DNA of 62,969 bases from positions 1 to 62,969 of the forward strand of contig JAFGQT010000082.1 in the NCBI GenBank assembly GCA_016935515.1. Direction: 5' to 3'. This stretch comes from Bacilli bacterium (lineage in GTDB: Bacteria; Bacillota_I; Bacilli_A; Izemoplasmatales; Hujiaoplasmataceae). Numbering within the stretch: position 1 is the first letter of the stretch; each line of letters starts with the position of its first letter. A model generated the notes under the pieces. That model was given only the letters and a program-made list of their open reading frames with translations, did no database searches and was not told the origin of the DNA. Position numbers and translations under genes: made by a program. Below, one piece after another: positions 27,601-36,885 of the stretch.

Positions 27601-29650
27601 TGTTTCACAGTTGAAAAAACGTCTGATGACTAATCCTGATTATGTCGATATGCTCCATGACATGAGCGACAAAGTTGAGGATTTCTTCTTGACTTTCGAA
27701 GATGGACCCGAAAATCATAGTCGTTGGGGACATCATTATTTCTGTTCGACTGATGGAGCTCCGTTGTCATATGATCACAAGAACCGGAAATTGCATGTCT
27801 GTCCAATCTGTCAACGAAACTATACAGATCAACTGTATGATGATGTTTGGATTACGCTCTACAGAAATCAAGCAGTCATCAGTCTGTGGATGTCTGCGCT
27901 TCTCTCTCGTCTGACGCGTAAGAAGATTTATCAAGATCATATTCGGTTGATGATCGATACCTATGTAAGGCAATATGACTATTATTCTCTGCACAACAAA
28001 GAGAACGAGAATTTCCAATCCGTTTCCGCCACAAAATGGGGATGTGGAAGGATCATGCCACAAGGACTGAATGAAGCTATTTTTGTTATGAGGATGTTGA
28101 CGGCATTCTCAATCGTCAAAAATCTCCTGACAGATGAAGAACTTGCCTCGATACATAGATTATGCGAAAACGCTTCGGAATTATTGATTAGTCAAATCAA
28201 CAAGATTCACAACATTCCTGTTTGGTACTGCAGTGCGCTTGTTGTGATCGGAGCGTTCACAGACAACACGAAATTGATCGATGACGCATTCAATGGTAAA
28301 TTCGGTTTATATCAACAATTGAAAGAAGGGCTAAGCAAAGATGGTTTATGGTATGAGGGATCGATTCATTATCATTTCTTCCTGTTGGAAGCCCTTATGA
28401 CCGCTTTGTTGTTTGCCCAATCTAGCAAGTTCCACCCAGACAAAAGATTTATCATGCAGGTTAGGAAAATGCTTCTCATGCCAAGACAATATGCCTTTGA
28501 CAATCAGGTTCTTCCAAATCCCAACGATGGGTGGCCGGACATCAACCTTAAAACATATCTTCATGTTTATGACATGGCTTCAAAGTATTTTGGCAGATAT
28601 TCAGACATCGGCGAATTTGCAGCACAGATCGATGCCAGTCCAGTCAAACGCAAAGGTTTGCCGCTGTCAACGCCTTACTACTATGACGATCGCATATCTT
28701 TAGAGAGATTGACTTGGAATCCCGACTTTGAGCAGATCTCATATCAAAAATCAGTTGGATCTTCAACCAATTTGAAGAGTTCACAATGTGTCATTCTAAA
28801 GAATGACAGGATCAATGTGTTTTTGAAATACGGGCACAACACCCCAAGTCACGCCCATCCAGACAAGATGAACATCGAAGTCACTATTGATGGCAAAATG
28901 TTGACCCGAGAGCTGTCTAATTCAGGATACGGGTCCACCATCTGCAATGAATGGTATCGTACGTCTCTAGCCCATTCTACAGTGGTGGTTAACGGCAAGA
29001 ACCATGTTTCTCTGAGACAAGGAAAGTGCATCTTCTTCAGGAAAGACTACGTAAAAGCCAGCACTCTAGATGTGTATCGAGAAGAAACTCAATCATTAAA
29101 CTCCCTGAAGCGTTCGATGAACAATGATGAAGTCATAGCATATTTGTCTAGAATAGAGCATTGCACATCTGAAGAGGCTGAGTCAATGATTGTCAAGTCA
29201 AATATTCCGACAATACAACCTGGTTCAATCACATCGGATGAACCATGTGTCGATTTTTTCAGAACAATCAAGTTGACCGAAAATGGTTTTGTGGACACTT
29301 TTGAAACTTCTGCCTCTGAACCGGTTTCATTAGATTATGTCTTTCACTCACAAGCAAAGTTGGTCGATCCGCCGAAAAAAGCAAAAGCTGATCCTGGGTT
29401 TTACGCCAACGGCTATCAATATCTTCAAGAGTTTGGAAAAGTAATAGACAGAAACAAACACATACTGCTCAAGTGGGATCTTGAAGGTGTTAAGTTGACT
29501 TCCTTGATTACACTGTATGGAAAGATGAAACTTTATCTGATGAAAACACTGGATAATCCTGCCAACGAAACTAGAGATACATTTATCATTCGTTGCTCAA
29601 GTAGAGATGCCAAGTTCATCGTCAGATGGAAAATAGAGGGAAAGGATTGA
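27587..29650 (+). CDS. heparinase II/III-like family protein with an N-terminal Cys/His cluster, cytoplasmic (about 687 aa)
   Basis: The ATG at 27587 has RBS gaggt and overlaps the upstream gene by 14 nt. Motifs are WGHHYFC...CPIC, GSIHYHFFLLEAL and GHNTPSHAHPDKMNIEV (H.H.D). There is no signal peptide. Confidence 0.6.
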   Translation: MKQFDVSQLKKRLMTNPDYVDMLHDMSDKVEDFFLTFEDGPENHSRWGHHYFCSTDGAPLSYDHKNRKLHVCPICQRNYTDQLYDDVWITLYRNQAVISLWMSALLSRLTRKKIYQDHIRLMIDTYVRQYDYYSLHNKENENFQSVSATKWGCGRIMPQGLNEAIFVMRMLTAFSIVKNLLTDEELASIHRLCENASELLISQINKIHNIPVWYCSALVVIGAFTDNTKLIDDAFNGKFGLYQQLKEGLSKDGLWYEGSIHYHFFLLEALMTALLFAQSSKFHPDKRFIMQVRKMLLMPRQYAFDNQVLPNPNDGWPDINLKTYLHVYDMASKYFGRYSDIGEFAAQIDASPVKRKGLPLSTPYYYDDRISLERLTWNPDFEQISYQKSVGSSTNLKSSQCVILKNDRINVFLKYGHNTPSHAHPDKMNIEVTIDGKMLTRELSNSGYGSTICNEWYRTSLAHSTVVVNGKNHVSLRQGKCIFFRKDYVKASTLDVYREETQSLNSLKRSMNNDEVIAYLSRIEHCTSEEAESMIVKSNIPTIQPGSITSDEPCVDFFRTIKLTENGFVDTFETSASEPVSLDYVFHSQAKLVDPPKKAKADPGFYANGYQYLQEFGKVIDRNKHILLKWDLEGVKLTSLITLYGKMKLYLMKTLDNPANETRDTFIIRCSSRDAKFIVRWKIEGKD

Positions 29651-29655
29651 TAATA

Positions 29656-29994
29656 ATGAGAAATGTATGGCGAAACAACGAAGTTCAGCTCGAACAGCTT
29701 GACCAACACGTTTCGCGAAAAGTGCTTGCTCACATGAAAAATTTGATGGCGGTAGAAGTGATTTATGACATCGGTGGAATTGGGGCAGAGCACGCTCACC
29801 CTCATGAACAGGTTACCTATGTGATCGCAGGTAAGTTCCGTTTTCGCGTCGGAGCTGATTACCATGATATCACCAAAGGGGACTCTATTTACTTTCCACC
29901 AGATATCATTCACGGATGCATCTGTCTTGAAGCAGGAAGATTGCTAGACGTTTTCACACCTCAACGCGAGGACTTCATCAAGGAGGATAATTAG
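29656..29994 (+). CDS. kdgF: KdgF-like cupin (unsaturated uronate linearising enzyme family)
   Basis: It is a 112-aa single cupin with metal motif HAHPHEQ...GDSIYFPPDIIHG and a C-terminal LLDVFTPQREDF. It sits between the lyase-like genes and an SDR gene. Confidence 0.65.
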   Translation: MRNVWRNNEVQLEQLDQHVSRKVLAHMKNLMAVEVIYDIGGIGAEHAHPHEQVTYVIAGKFRFRVGADYHDITKGDSIYFPPDIIHGCICLEAGRLLDVFTPQREDFIKEDN

Positions 29995-29996
29995 GA

Positions 29997-30746
29997 ATGA
30001 AACGAGTTGCATTAATAACAGGCGGAACTGGTGGTATCGGCTTCGCGACTGCTAGAGAGCTGGGTCTTGATGATTATCACATTGTACTAAACGGAATTTT
30101 CCCAGATCAAGGCGTAGAGTGCGTCAAGAAACTGACGGAGGAAGGCATCTCTGCCGAATATGTCAATTTTGACTGTACCGATGAAGCCCAGGTCAACCAA
30201 CAGATTGCCGCAATCGGACTCAAACACGGAAAAATCGATGCCTTGATCAATGCTGCCGGGGGGCTTTTTGGCAGAAGCAGCTTCGAAGATATGTCCACCG
30301 AATTTTATCGTTCAGTGATGGCGTTGAATCTTGACACTGTTTTCTTTGTCACGAGAGCTTCAATTCCGTACCTTAAGAAATCAGACGATGCTTCAGTGAT
30401 AAATTTCACTTCAATCGCAGGCTATAACGCTGGTGGGCCTGGAGCTGGTGTGTATGGAACCGCAAAGGGCGCAGTGATGGTTTTGACTCGAGCTTTGGCC
30501 AAAGATCTTGCGAAGTTCTCAATTAGAGTCAATGCTGTCAGCCCAGGAACAATTGACACGCCTTTTCATCAAGAGACAAAGACCAAGAATCCACAGTTGT
30601 TCGAATCATGGAAAAACTTGATCCTAATGAAACGTTTTGGAGAGGCTTCTGAAGTTGCTTCAGTCATTGCTTTTCTCGTCAGCAAGAAAGCTTCATTCAT
30701 AACAGGAGAAACCATTCAAGTCAATGGAGGACAAGATTTCCTATAA
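29997..30746 (+). CDS. SDR-family oxidoreductase (KduD/DEH-reductase-like by context)
   Basis: TGGTGGIG, NAAG and YGTAK (YxxxK) motifs are present, and the length is 249 aa. Confidence 0.75.
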   Translation: MKRVALITGGTGGIGFATARELGLDDYHIVLNGIFPDQGVECVKKLTEEGISAEYVNFDCTDEAQVNQQIAAIGLKHGKIDALINAAGGLFGRSSFEDMSTEFYRSVMALNLDTVFFVTRASIPYLKKSDDASVINFTSIAGYNAGGPGAGVYGTAKGAVMVLTRALAKDLAKFSIRVNAVSPGTIDTPFHQETKTKNPQLFESWKNLILMKRFGEASEVASVIAFLVSKKASFITGETIQVNGGQDFL

Positions 30747-30826
30747 ATCACTTTCAGTCCAAGAAGTGTCATTATTGCGCGAAACAATGAAAGTTATCGA
30801 TTTGCGGCAGTTACGAAATTCACATA

Positions 30827-30880
30827 ACCCGAAGATTAAACTAAGGAACCTCGCTTAGTTAAGTATTCGGGTATTTTCTT
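30827..30880 (+). terminator. long hairpin terminator closing the uronate operon
   Basis: acccgaa pairs with ttcgggt, with an inner ctaag/cttag stem, followed by attttctt. Confidence 0.55.
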
Positions 30881-31025
30881 TGGATGTCAACAGATGAACT
30901 CTACTCCGGAAATATCTGAAGTTGTCACAATAAAGGCAGATCAAAGTCAATGGATTGTGGCCACATTTAATAGATTAAAATCTCATTAATTGTGATGATT
31001 ATGTGAACTATATCCTTCAGTTATA

Positions 31026-31034
31026 TGGTATAAT
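31026..31034 (+). promoter_or_regulatory. extended -10 promoter (TGgTATAAT)
   Basis: tggtataat lies 34 nt upstream of the ATG at 31068. Confidence 0.5.
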
Positions 31035-31067
31035 ATTAAATAACTATCTAACTCTGGGAGATTACTG

Positions 31068-32009
31068 ATGAAATTCATTGAACTAATTCTCGATTTCCTA
31101 AATGGACAAATGAATACACCTGTACCTTATCAGTCACTATCGCAAAGCTGGTTTCACTATCTTGCCTTGAGTAGTGCTGTTCTTGCTTCTGTGCTTGCGG
31201 TACGATGGCTTAAGAAGGCTGATGAGAGTCAATTGAGACGCTTTTTGCTCGTTTTTGCCAGTCTTTTGCTAACATTTGAAGTTTATAAGCAGCTCATTTT
31301 CAGCTTTCAGGCAGACTGGAACTATCAATGGTACATTTTCCCGTTTCAGTTTTGCTCGACGCCGATGTACATTGCTTTGATTGCGGGACTAACCAAAAAT
31401 AAGAAAATCCAACAAGCTTTTATAAATTTTCTTGCAACTTACGGTTTTTTCGCGGGACTTGCGGCCATGATCTATCCGAACGATGTATTCGTCGCTACGA
31501 TTGGAATAAATATCCAGACGATGATACACCACGGAGCCATGATGGTTGTAGGCATTGCCCTGCTTCTAAATAAAGTCAAACTTGTTCCCACTTCGATTGT
31601 CAGTGCAACCGCAGTTTTTTCAGTTCTCGCTGTGTTGGCGATATTGCTGAATTTTGTGCATAATACATGGATTGCTGAAGGTACTTTCAATATGTTCTTC
31701 ATCAATCCTCAATATAACAACCACCTACCCGTGCTGACCTCCATTGAACCGCTGGTGCCGCATTTCATTTTTGTCCTGATCTATATTGTTGGGTTTGCTT
31801 TTGTAGCCTACTTGATGCTCTTATTAGGTACGGGCATCTTGGCAGTTGACTCATATAGAAAATCAGTTAATCAGAAATTCTGGAACAATATAGTTGCAGA
31901 ATACGAATCAAATTATGATTCTTCAAGTTACAACCGTTGGAAAAACGACGTCATCATAGGATCAACTGCGAATCAACATGTGGGGCCTATTTTTTCCCCT
32001 GTGAATTGA
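31068..32009 (+). CDS. hypothetical polytopic integral membrane protein (313 aa, about 7-8 TM)
   Basis: Hydrophobicity pattern only. It may be YwaF/TMEM164-like, but I cannot confirm that. Confidence 0.5.
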   Translation: MKFIELILDFLNGQMNTPVPYQSLSQSWFHYLALSSAVLASVLAVRWLKKADESQLRRFLLVFASLLLTFEVYKQLIFSFQADWNYQWYIFPFQFCSTPMYIALIAGLTKNKKIQQAFINFLATYGFFAGLAAMIYPNDVFVATIGINIQTMIHHGAMMVVGIALLLNKVKLVPTSIVSATAVFSVLAVLAILLNFVHNTWIAEGTFNMFFINPQYNNHLPVLTSIEPLVPHFIFVLIYIVGFAFVAYLMLLLGTGILAVDSYRKSVNQKFWNNIVAEYESNYDSSSYNRWKNDVIIGSTANQHVGPIFSPVN

Positions 32010-32255
32010 TTTATGTTGATTGATTTCAGATTGGCTGTGGGTCATAATGATCCCAGCATTGTCGGCGCAACGAGAATCGGTAAATTCATCAAGGTATTAC
32101 AAGGTTTTTTTAAGGTTTGTGGAAACCAAAACCCTGATTGGATATTTCGCAAATGTTGCAGATCTTGATTCCAATTGAGTTGTGTTGTTATATATAATGT
32201 AATTGAGCTCAATTATGCGATTTACCCTTTGTTTCAAAATCACTAATAAAAGAAA

Positions 32256-32290
32256 ATGCGGCATCCTTATAATTGGATGCCGCATGATTT
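32256..32290. terminator. bidirectional terminator between convergent genes
   Basis: A perfect 11-bp stem pairs atgcggcatcc (32256-32266) with ggatgccgcat (32275-32285). A-rich sequence lies upstream and gatttt downstream. Confidence 0.8.
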
Positions 32291-32400
32291 TAGAGCGACA
32301 CTGCTATTCATTCTAGTCTCTGCTTCCCACGAAAATATATGTGTCTTGCTTGCTGAAAATTGAATATTCAATGGGTTTCTTGTAAAGACTGTTCGTATTG

Positions 32401-33093
32401 CTAGTCGTTAGGCAAGTTTGGGTTGACTGATGCAAATTCTGGATTCATCTGCATTGTTTGGTAACGATTTCCTCTACCCTGGCCGTTGCCTCTTCCTTGG
32501 CCAAGATGCTTGCGGAACATGTTCTTAAATTGATTTTTCATATCTTCGCCATAGTAATTGTATCGATCTCTTGAGAAGGCGCTGAGATGATGTTCGGAAG
32601 CGGCTTTGAGTTGCTCAAACGCTGATCGGACATCTTCAGGAAGATCAGTCTGGGCTAGAAACGCTTCGTACATAGCAATGTTGGCTTCTTCGGCTTCAAC
32701 TCCTGTAGCGATGGCGGCGCTGATTGACTCGGGAATCACAACGTTATCAACTGCTGTGTTCTCGGGAACTGTCAAACCATATGTTTCATAAAGACCAAGC
32801 AATAGATTGATATGGGCCTCTTCCGCAACTAGAATTCTTACAAACGGCATCACATCACCGAATTCATTGATGATTGCCTGATATTCTGCTTGAGCTAAAT
32901 ATTCATCTTGGATTGCGTAATCAAGCATTTCTTGCAAGGTGTATTGAACGTTTTCGTCAACTTCGAAACTCAACTCATTGATTGCATATTCGTTATAAAC
33001 GCTTTTTGCATCGACGCTGACGAATGATACCGTAAGAACTGTTGCCAAAGCCAAACCTGTAATGACAATACCTTTTAACAAATTCCTTTTCAT
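32401..33093 (-). CDS. secreted ferritin-like DUF2202-type protein with a Gly/Arg/Asn-rich tail
   Basis: The ATG at 33093 has RBS aggagg. The signal peptide is MKRNLLKGIVITGLALATVLTVSFVSVDA. The duplicated helical motif DEYLAQAEYQAII...EEAHINLL is ferritin-like, and the C-terminus carries GQGRGNGQGRGN. Confidence 0.6.
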   Translation of the reverse strand: MKRNLLKGIVITGLALATVLTVSFVSVDAKSVYNEYAINELSFEVDENVQYTLQEMLDYAIQDEYLAQAEYQAIINEFGDVMPFVRILVAEEAHINLLLGLYETYGLTVPENTAVDNVVIPESISAAIATGVEAEEANIAMYEAFLAQTDLPEDVRSAFEQLKAASEHHLSAFSRDRYNYYGEDMKNQFKNMFRKHLGQGRGNGQGRGNRYQTMQMNPEFASVNPNLPND

Positions 33094-33323
33094 TTTGTGT
33101 GTTTCCTCCTTTTTGTGCCAAATATACGGGTTTAGCAACCAGCTTATTGGTGATTGCTGGATTATTCACAGAAACTTCACAATACAGCATTCTTGAAGGC
33201 TCGATCTTCTCAATTGAGCAAGCCTTTAGAAACATAAAGATCATGATATGGCCTCAACCTGAAAAACTTTGTTTAAACTTGTGCTTTTGAACAGTGCAAA
33301 ACCGTGGATGATTTGGTAAAATT

Positions 33324-34949
33324 ATGTTGTCAACCGAGGAGATGATTGATTTGGTGTTAAGCCGTGGCAAGTATTTTCCCGCAAAATTTTACGTTTTAGA
33401 ATCTATTCATGAATTCGAGTCAGTCAAGGATTTTTTGCCTGCACCAATAACTGACGATGAGGAGTTATTGGAACTTTACTGGTTTACTTTGAGACTTGCG
33501 TTCAAGAATGCCAAAGCACCGGAAAATCATGAAGAAATGGTCGCTAATTACCAAGATTCTGCTTTTAACCAGAACCTGTTTCTGTGGGACAGCGCATTTA
33601 TTTCTCGCTTCTTGAGCCCATTTTCCGAGTTTTTGCCGGGGATCAAAACACTTGATAACTTCTATCATCGTCAACTCGATGACGGTTTGATTCCCAGAGA
33701 GTTTGACAAGGCGACGGGCAAGGATTATTCGAAATGGGTCAATCCAGAGAATCTACCTTTGAATTCTTTCTTTCATAATCATTATGTTTATCGTGGGATC
33801 AACGATGTCACCGCTTCAACAAATAGGTATTTTCCCGATCTTGGTCGTACGCCAAAAGTCAAGCCCTTCTACACTTTGGACAATCTAAACCACCCGATAT
33901 TGTCGTATGCAGAGTACAATCATTATTTACATACCAAAGATAAAGCAAGATTAGCGGTTGTACATGAACCGCTGCATCGGTATTATCTTGCTTTGCGGGA
34001 CCAGATCCGTCATCAAAGTGGACTGTATGTCACAGATTGGGCCAGCATGGACAACTCGCCAAGAAACAAAAGGCTTTTCATTGGCGTTGATATTTCTTCG
34101 GAAATGGTCTTATTTGCACGCATGATGGCTCTGATTTATCGAGAACTTGGCCTTTCAGAGAATGTCAAACGAATAGAGTTTTATGACAATGAAGTGGTGG
34201 CTCTATCGAGTTTGATCAACGATTTTCTTTGGGACGATGAAACAGGGTTTTACTATGACTTGGATCAAGACTTGAAACAGATAAGAATCAAAACGATTGC
34301 AGGGTTCTGGCCACTGATTGCCAAAATCTGTGACACTGAACAAGCGAAGAAGTTAGCTTCTAAGATCCAGGATCGGTCGTGTTTCAATAGAATTCATCCG
34401 ATCCCTAGTCTATCCGCAGATGAAGAAGGATTCAAATCTGATGGCGGATATTGGTCAGGGGGAGTGTGGGCTCCGACGAACCTGATGGTCACCGACGGAC
34501 TGGAGATTTATGGTATGCATAAGTTGGCCAAAGAAATCGCTCTAAAGCACCTGAGTGCAGTAATGAAAGTATACTTGAAAACTGGAACTATATGGGAAAG
34601 CTATCCAGCAGATGCTTTGACCTCTGGAGATTCAGATAAGGGTGACTATGTGGGTTGGACAGGAATCGGTCCTATCTTATACTTTCTGCAGTATCATATA
34701 GGGCTTAAAGCGGATGCAACAAACAACAAATTGATTTGGGAGATAGATTCTGACAGAGAGCATTCAGGTTGTCGAAATTATGCTTTCTTGGGGAAGAAGG
34801 CTGGCTTAAAAGCCTGTAAATGTGTTGATGGATATCAAATAGAAGTAATTACGACCGATACTTTCGATCTGGAAATATCTATTAATGAGAGACACAAGTT
34901 GATACAGATTTCTGGAAATGCCAAGTTTCATATACCTGTCGAATCATGA
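33324..34949 (+). CDS. GH63-like (MGH1-like / trehalase-fold) glycoside hydrolase, cytoplasmic
   Basis: LFLWDSAFISRF, DWASMDNSPR and GGYWSGGVWAPTN fit the (alpha/alpha)6 mannosylglycerate/glucosylglycerate hydrolase-like family. Confidence 0.6.
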   Translation: MLSTEEMIDLVLSRGKYFPAKFYVLESIHEFESVKDFLPAPITDDEELLELYWFTLRLAFKNAKAPENHEEMVANYQDSAFNQNLFLWDSAFISRFLSPFSEFLPGIKTLDNFYHRQLDDGLIPREFDKATGKDYSKWVNPENLPLNSFFHNHYVYRGINDVTASTNRYFPDLGRTPKVKPFYTLDNLNHPILSYAEYNHYLHTKDKARLAVVHEPLHRYYLALRDQIRHQSGLYVTDWASMDNSPRNKRLFIGVDISSEMVLFARMMALIYRELGLSENVKRIEFYDNEVVALSSLINDFLWDDETGFYYDLDQDLKQIRIKTIAGFWPLIAKICDTEQAKKLASKIQDRSCFNRIHPIPSLSADEEGFKSDGGYWSGGVWAPTNLMVTDGLEIYGMHKLAKEIALKHLSAVMKVYLKTGTIWESYPADALTSGDSDKGDYVGWTGIGPILYFLQYHIGLKADATNNKLIWEIDSDREHSGCRNYAFLGKKAGLKACKCVDGYQIEVITTDTFDLEISINERHKLIQISGNAKFHIPVES

Positions 34950-35554
34950 AACCACGAAAATTGATCATTTATGGCGACTCGATTTCCGGGATAACTCATG
35001 GAAATGGGGGTTATCAAAGAATATTGGAGTCTGAGAGTGTTTTTTCCAGCATCAGTAACTACGCGATCGGAGCCAGTGGGCTGAGTCCAGAGACACCTAA
35101 CAATCTTCACAAGCTAATTTTTCGCTATAATCGTTACGACAGAGACGCTACTGCAATCTTGATTTGGCACGGGACCAACGATTGGTTCTACGGAGTGTCA
35201 GTAGATGAGTTCAAGCGCAATTTTCAGGACATATACAGTAGATTGAAACAAGAGTGTCCAATTGCGAACTTTCTATTTCTGACGCCAATATTTCGTTTTG
35301 AAACCGCTCGAGGAAATCATGAACCTGGAGATGGATTTGAAACACAAAATCTTTCCGGAAATACGCTGTTGGATTTTGAAAATGCAGTCATCGATCTGGC
35401 TGAGACTTACAAGGTGGATTTCGTAAACATGCGATTGGAAACTAAATTCACCATTGCCAACGTGAATGATTTTTACGAAGACAAAGTTCATCCGAACGAG
35501 AGAGGTTATGAGGTCATAAGCAAAATTATCATCGAGAAATTAAGGAAAATATAA
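34946..35554 (+). CDS. SGNH/GDSL-family hydrolase (esterase)
   Basis: The block I motif LIIYGDSISG, a GTND-like block and a C-terminal D..HP block are present. ATGA overlap with the upstream gene. Confidence 0.75.
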   Translation: MKPRKLIIYGDSISGITHGNGGYQRILESESVFSSISNYAIGASGLSPETPNNLHKLIFRYNRYDRDATAILIWHGTNDWFYGVSVDEFKRNFQDIYSRLKQECPIANFLFLTPIFRFETARGNHEPGDGFETQNLSGNTLLDFENAVIDLAETYKVDFVNMRLETKFTIANVNDFYEDKVHPNERGYEVISKIIIEKLRKI

Positions 35555-35564
35555 TAATGAATCG

Positions 35565-35589
35565 ACCAGACAGTAGTCTGGTTTTTTTG
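35565..35589 (+). terminator. rho-independent terminator
   Basis: accagac-agta-gtctggt is followed by T7. Confidence 0.8.
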
Positions 35590-35667
35590 TGCTATATCAC
35601 AAAATGTGGTGGATTAATCAGCAGTATATATGGTATTATATAGACGAATAATCAAAGGGGGAGTAAT

Positions 35668-36735
35668 ATGTTTCAGGCCGGGTTGGATTATGATCTTGCG
35701 CAGAAGATCGTTGATAACATTATGATGATTGTTCCGTATAACATCAACATCATGGACAAATCAGGCACAATAATTGCCAGCGGAAATTCCATGCGAATCA
35801 ACAAGGCGCATTTTGGTGCGATTAAAGCTTTAGAGCTGAACGAAGCCTATTTTATATACGAGGACACAGAACTAGAAAAAAAGGGAATCAATGTTCCTTT
35901 CCGCTACAAGGGCGAGATAGTCGGAGTCATAGGCGTTTCCGGTGAACCAAAAGAAGTTGAGCCGATTGCCAATATCGTCAGAGTTACAGCAGAATTGATG
36001 ATTGATAAGCAAATCTACGATAATCGCGCTTATGCCAGAGACACAAAAACACGTGATTTTTTCAACGAGTTGACAATTAATCCGGAGTTTCTGGAAGGTC
36101 AAGTAGCCAAATCGCTGGCGAGCGAGTTGGGCATCGATTTGTCTCTAGAGCGAACAGCGGTGATTCTCAAAGTCAAGGAAAGCAGTAGTGAAGTGACAGA
36201 TTTTATTAGGAAGATGTTGCATAAGGGTGAGTACGTCATTCGTGAAAGCATGCTTAATGCGGTCGTCTTTTTTCTTAGTGGCGAAAACCTGATCGAACGA
36301 ATCAAGGTTCTTCTTACGAGCAATGATTTGATCCAAGCTGCTTATGTAGGGTATGATTCAACAAACATGTATCAGTCATTTGAATCAGCAAATTCAGCTC
36401 TCCAGGTTGCCGACAAACTCAATATAAACGAATCGATAATGAAAATCAGCGACTATGTCCTTGAGGATGTTGCACTGCAAATACAATCAAACGACCATAT
36501 CAAAGCTATTGGTGAAGCTTTGGAAAACTGCAATAAGGGTGACGCTTTGAAAGAGACTCTAGTTGCATATGTCCGGACAGGGTTCGATGTATCGCGGACT
36601 TGTGAGGAGCTTTTTATCCACAAGAACACCTTCTATTATCGGATGCAGAGGTTGAAAGCTGTAACGGGATTTGAGACGGGGAACTTGAAAGACCTAATCA
36701 CTTTGTATATGTTTTTGGTCAATAGTTCATTATAA
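35668..36735 (+). CDS. CdaR/SdaR-family sugar-diacid regulator (Diacid_rec + PucR-type HTH)
   Basis: The N-terminal AQKIVDNIMMIVPYNINIMDKSGTIIASG...AHFGA is a diacid recognition domain. The C-terminal CEELFIHKNTFYYRMQRLK is a PucR HTH. Confidence 0.8.
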   Translation: MFQAGLDYDLAQKIVDNIMMIVPYNINIMDKSGTIIASGNSMRINKAHFGAIKALELNEAYFIYEDTELEKKGINVPFRYKGEIVGVIGVSGEPKEVEPIANIVRVTAELMIDKQIYDNRAYARDTKTRDFFNELTINPEFLEGQVAKSLASELGIDLSLERTAVILKVKESSSEVTDFIRKMLHKGEYVIRESMLNAVVFFLSGENLIERIKVLLTSNDLIQAAYVGYDSTNMYQSFESANSALQVADKLNINESIMKISDYVLEDVALQIQSNDHIKAIGEALENCNKGDALKETLVAYVRTGFDVSRTCEELFIHKNTFYYRMQRLKAVTGFETGNLKDLITLYMFLVNSSL

Positions 36736-36885
36736 ATGGTAAAAAATAACAGGTATTTGCCTTAATATGTGCTTTTGCACAAAACAACGCTTTCATTTTT
36801 GGTTTTGTTCACATTGTTTTCCCTCTTAGGGATTGTTATACTAAAAATGGCGTTTTATACAACATAAAACTAAGGAGGAAACAAA

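Noticed and set aside
32097-32285. 62-aa minus-strand ORF between convergent genes
   Set aside because: It starts within the bidirectional terminator hairpin (32256-32285), has no RBS and lies in an AT-rich intergenic region.
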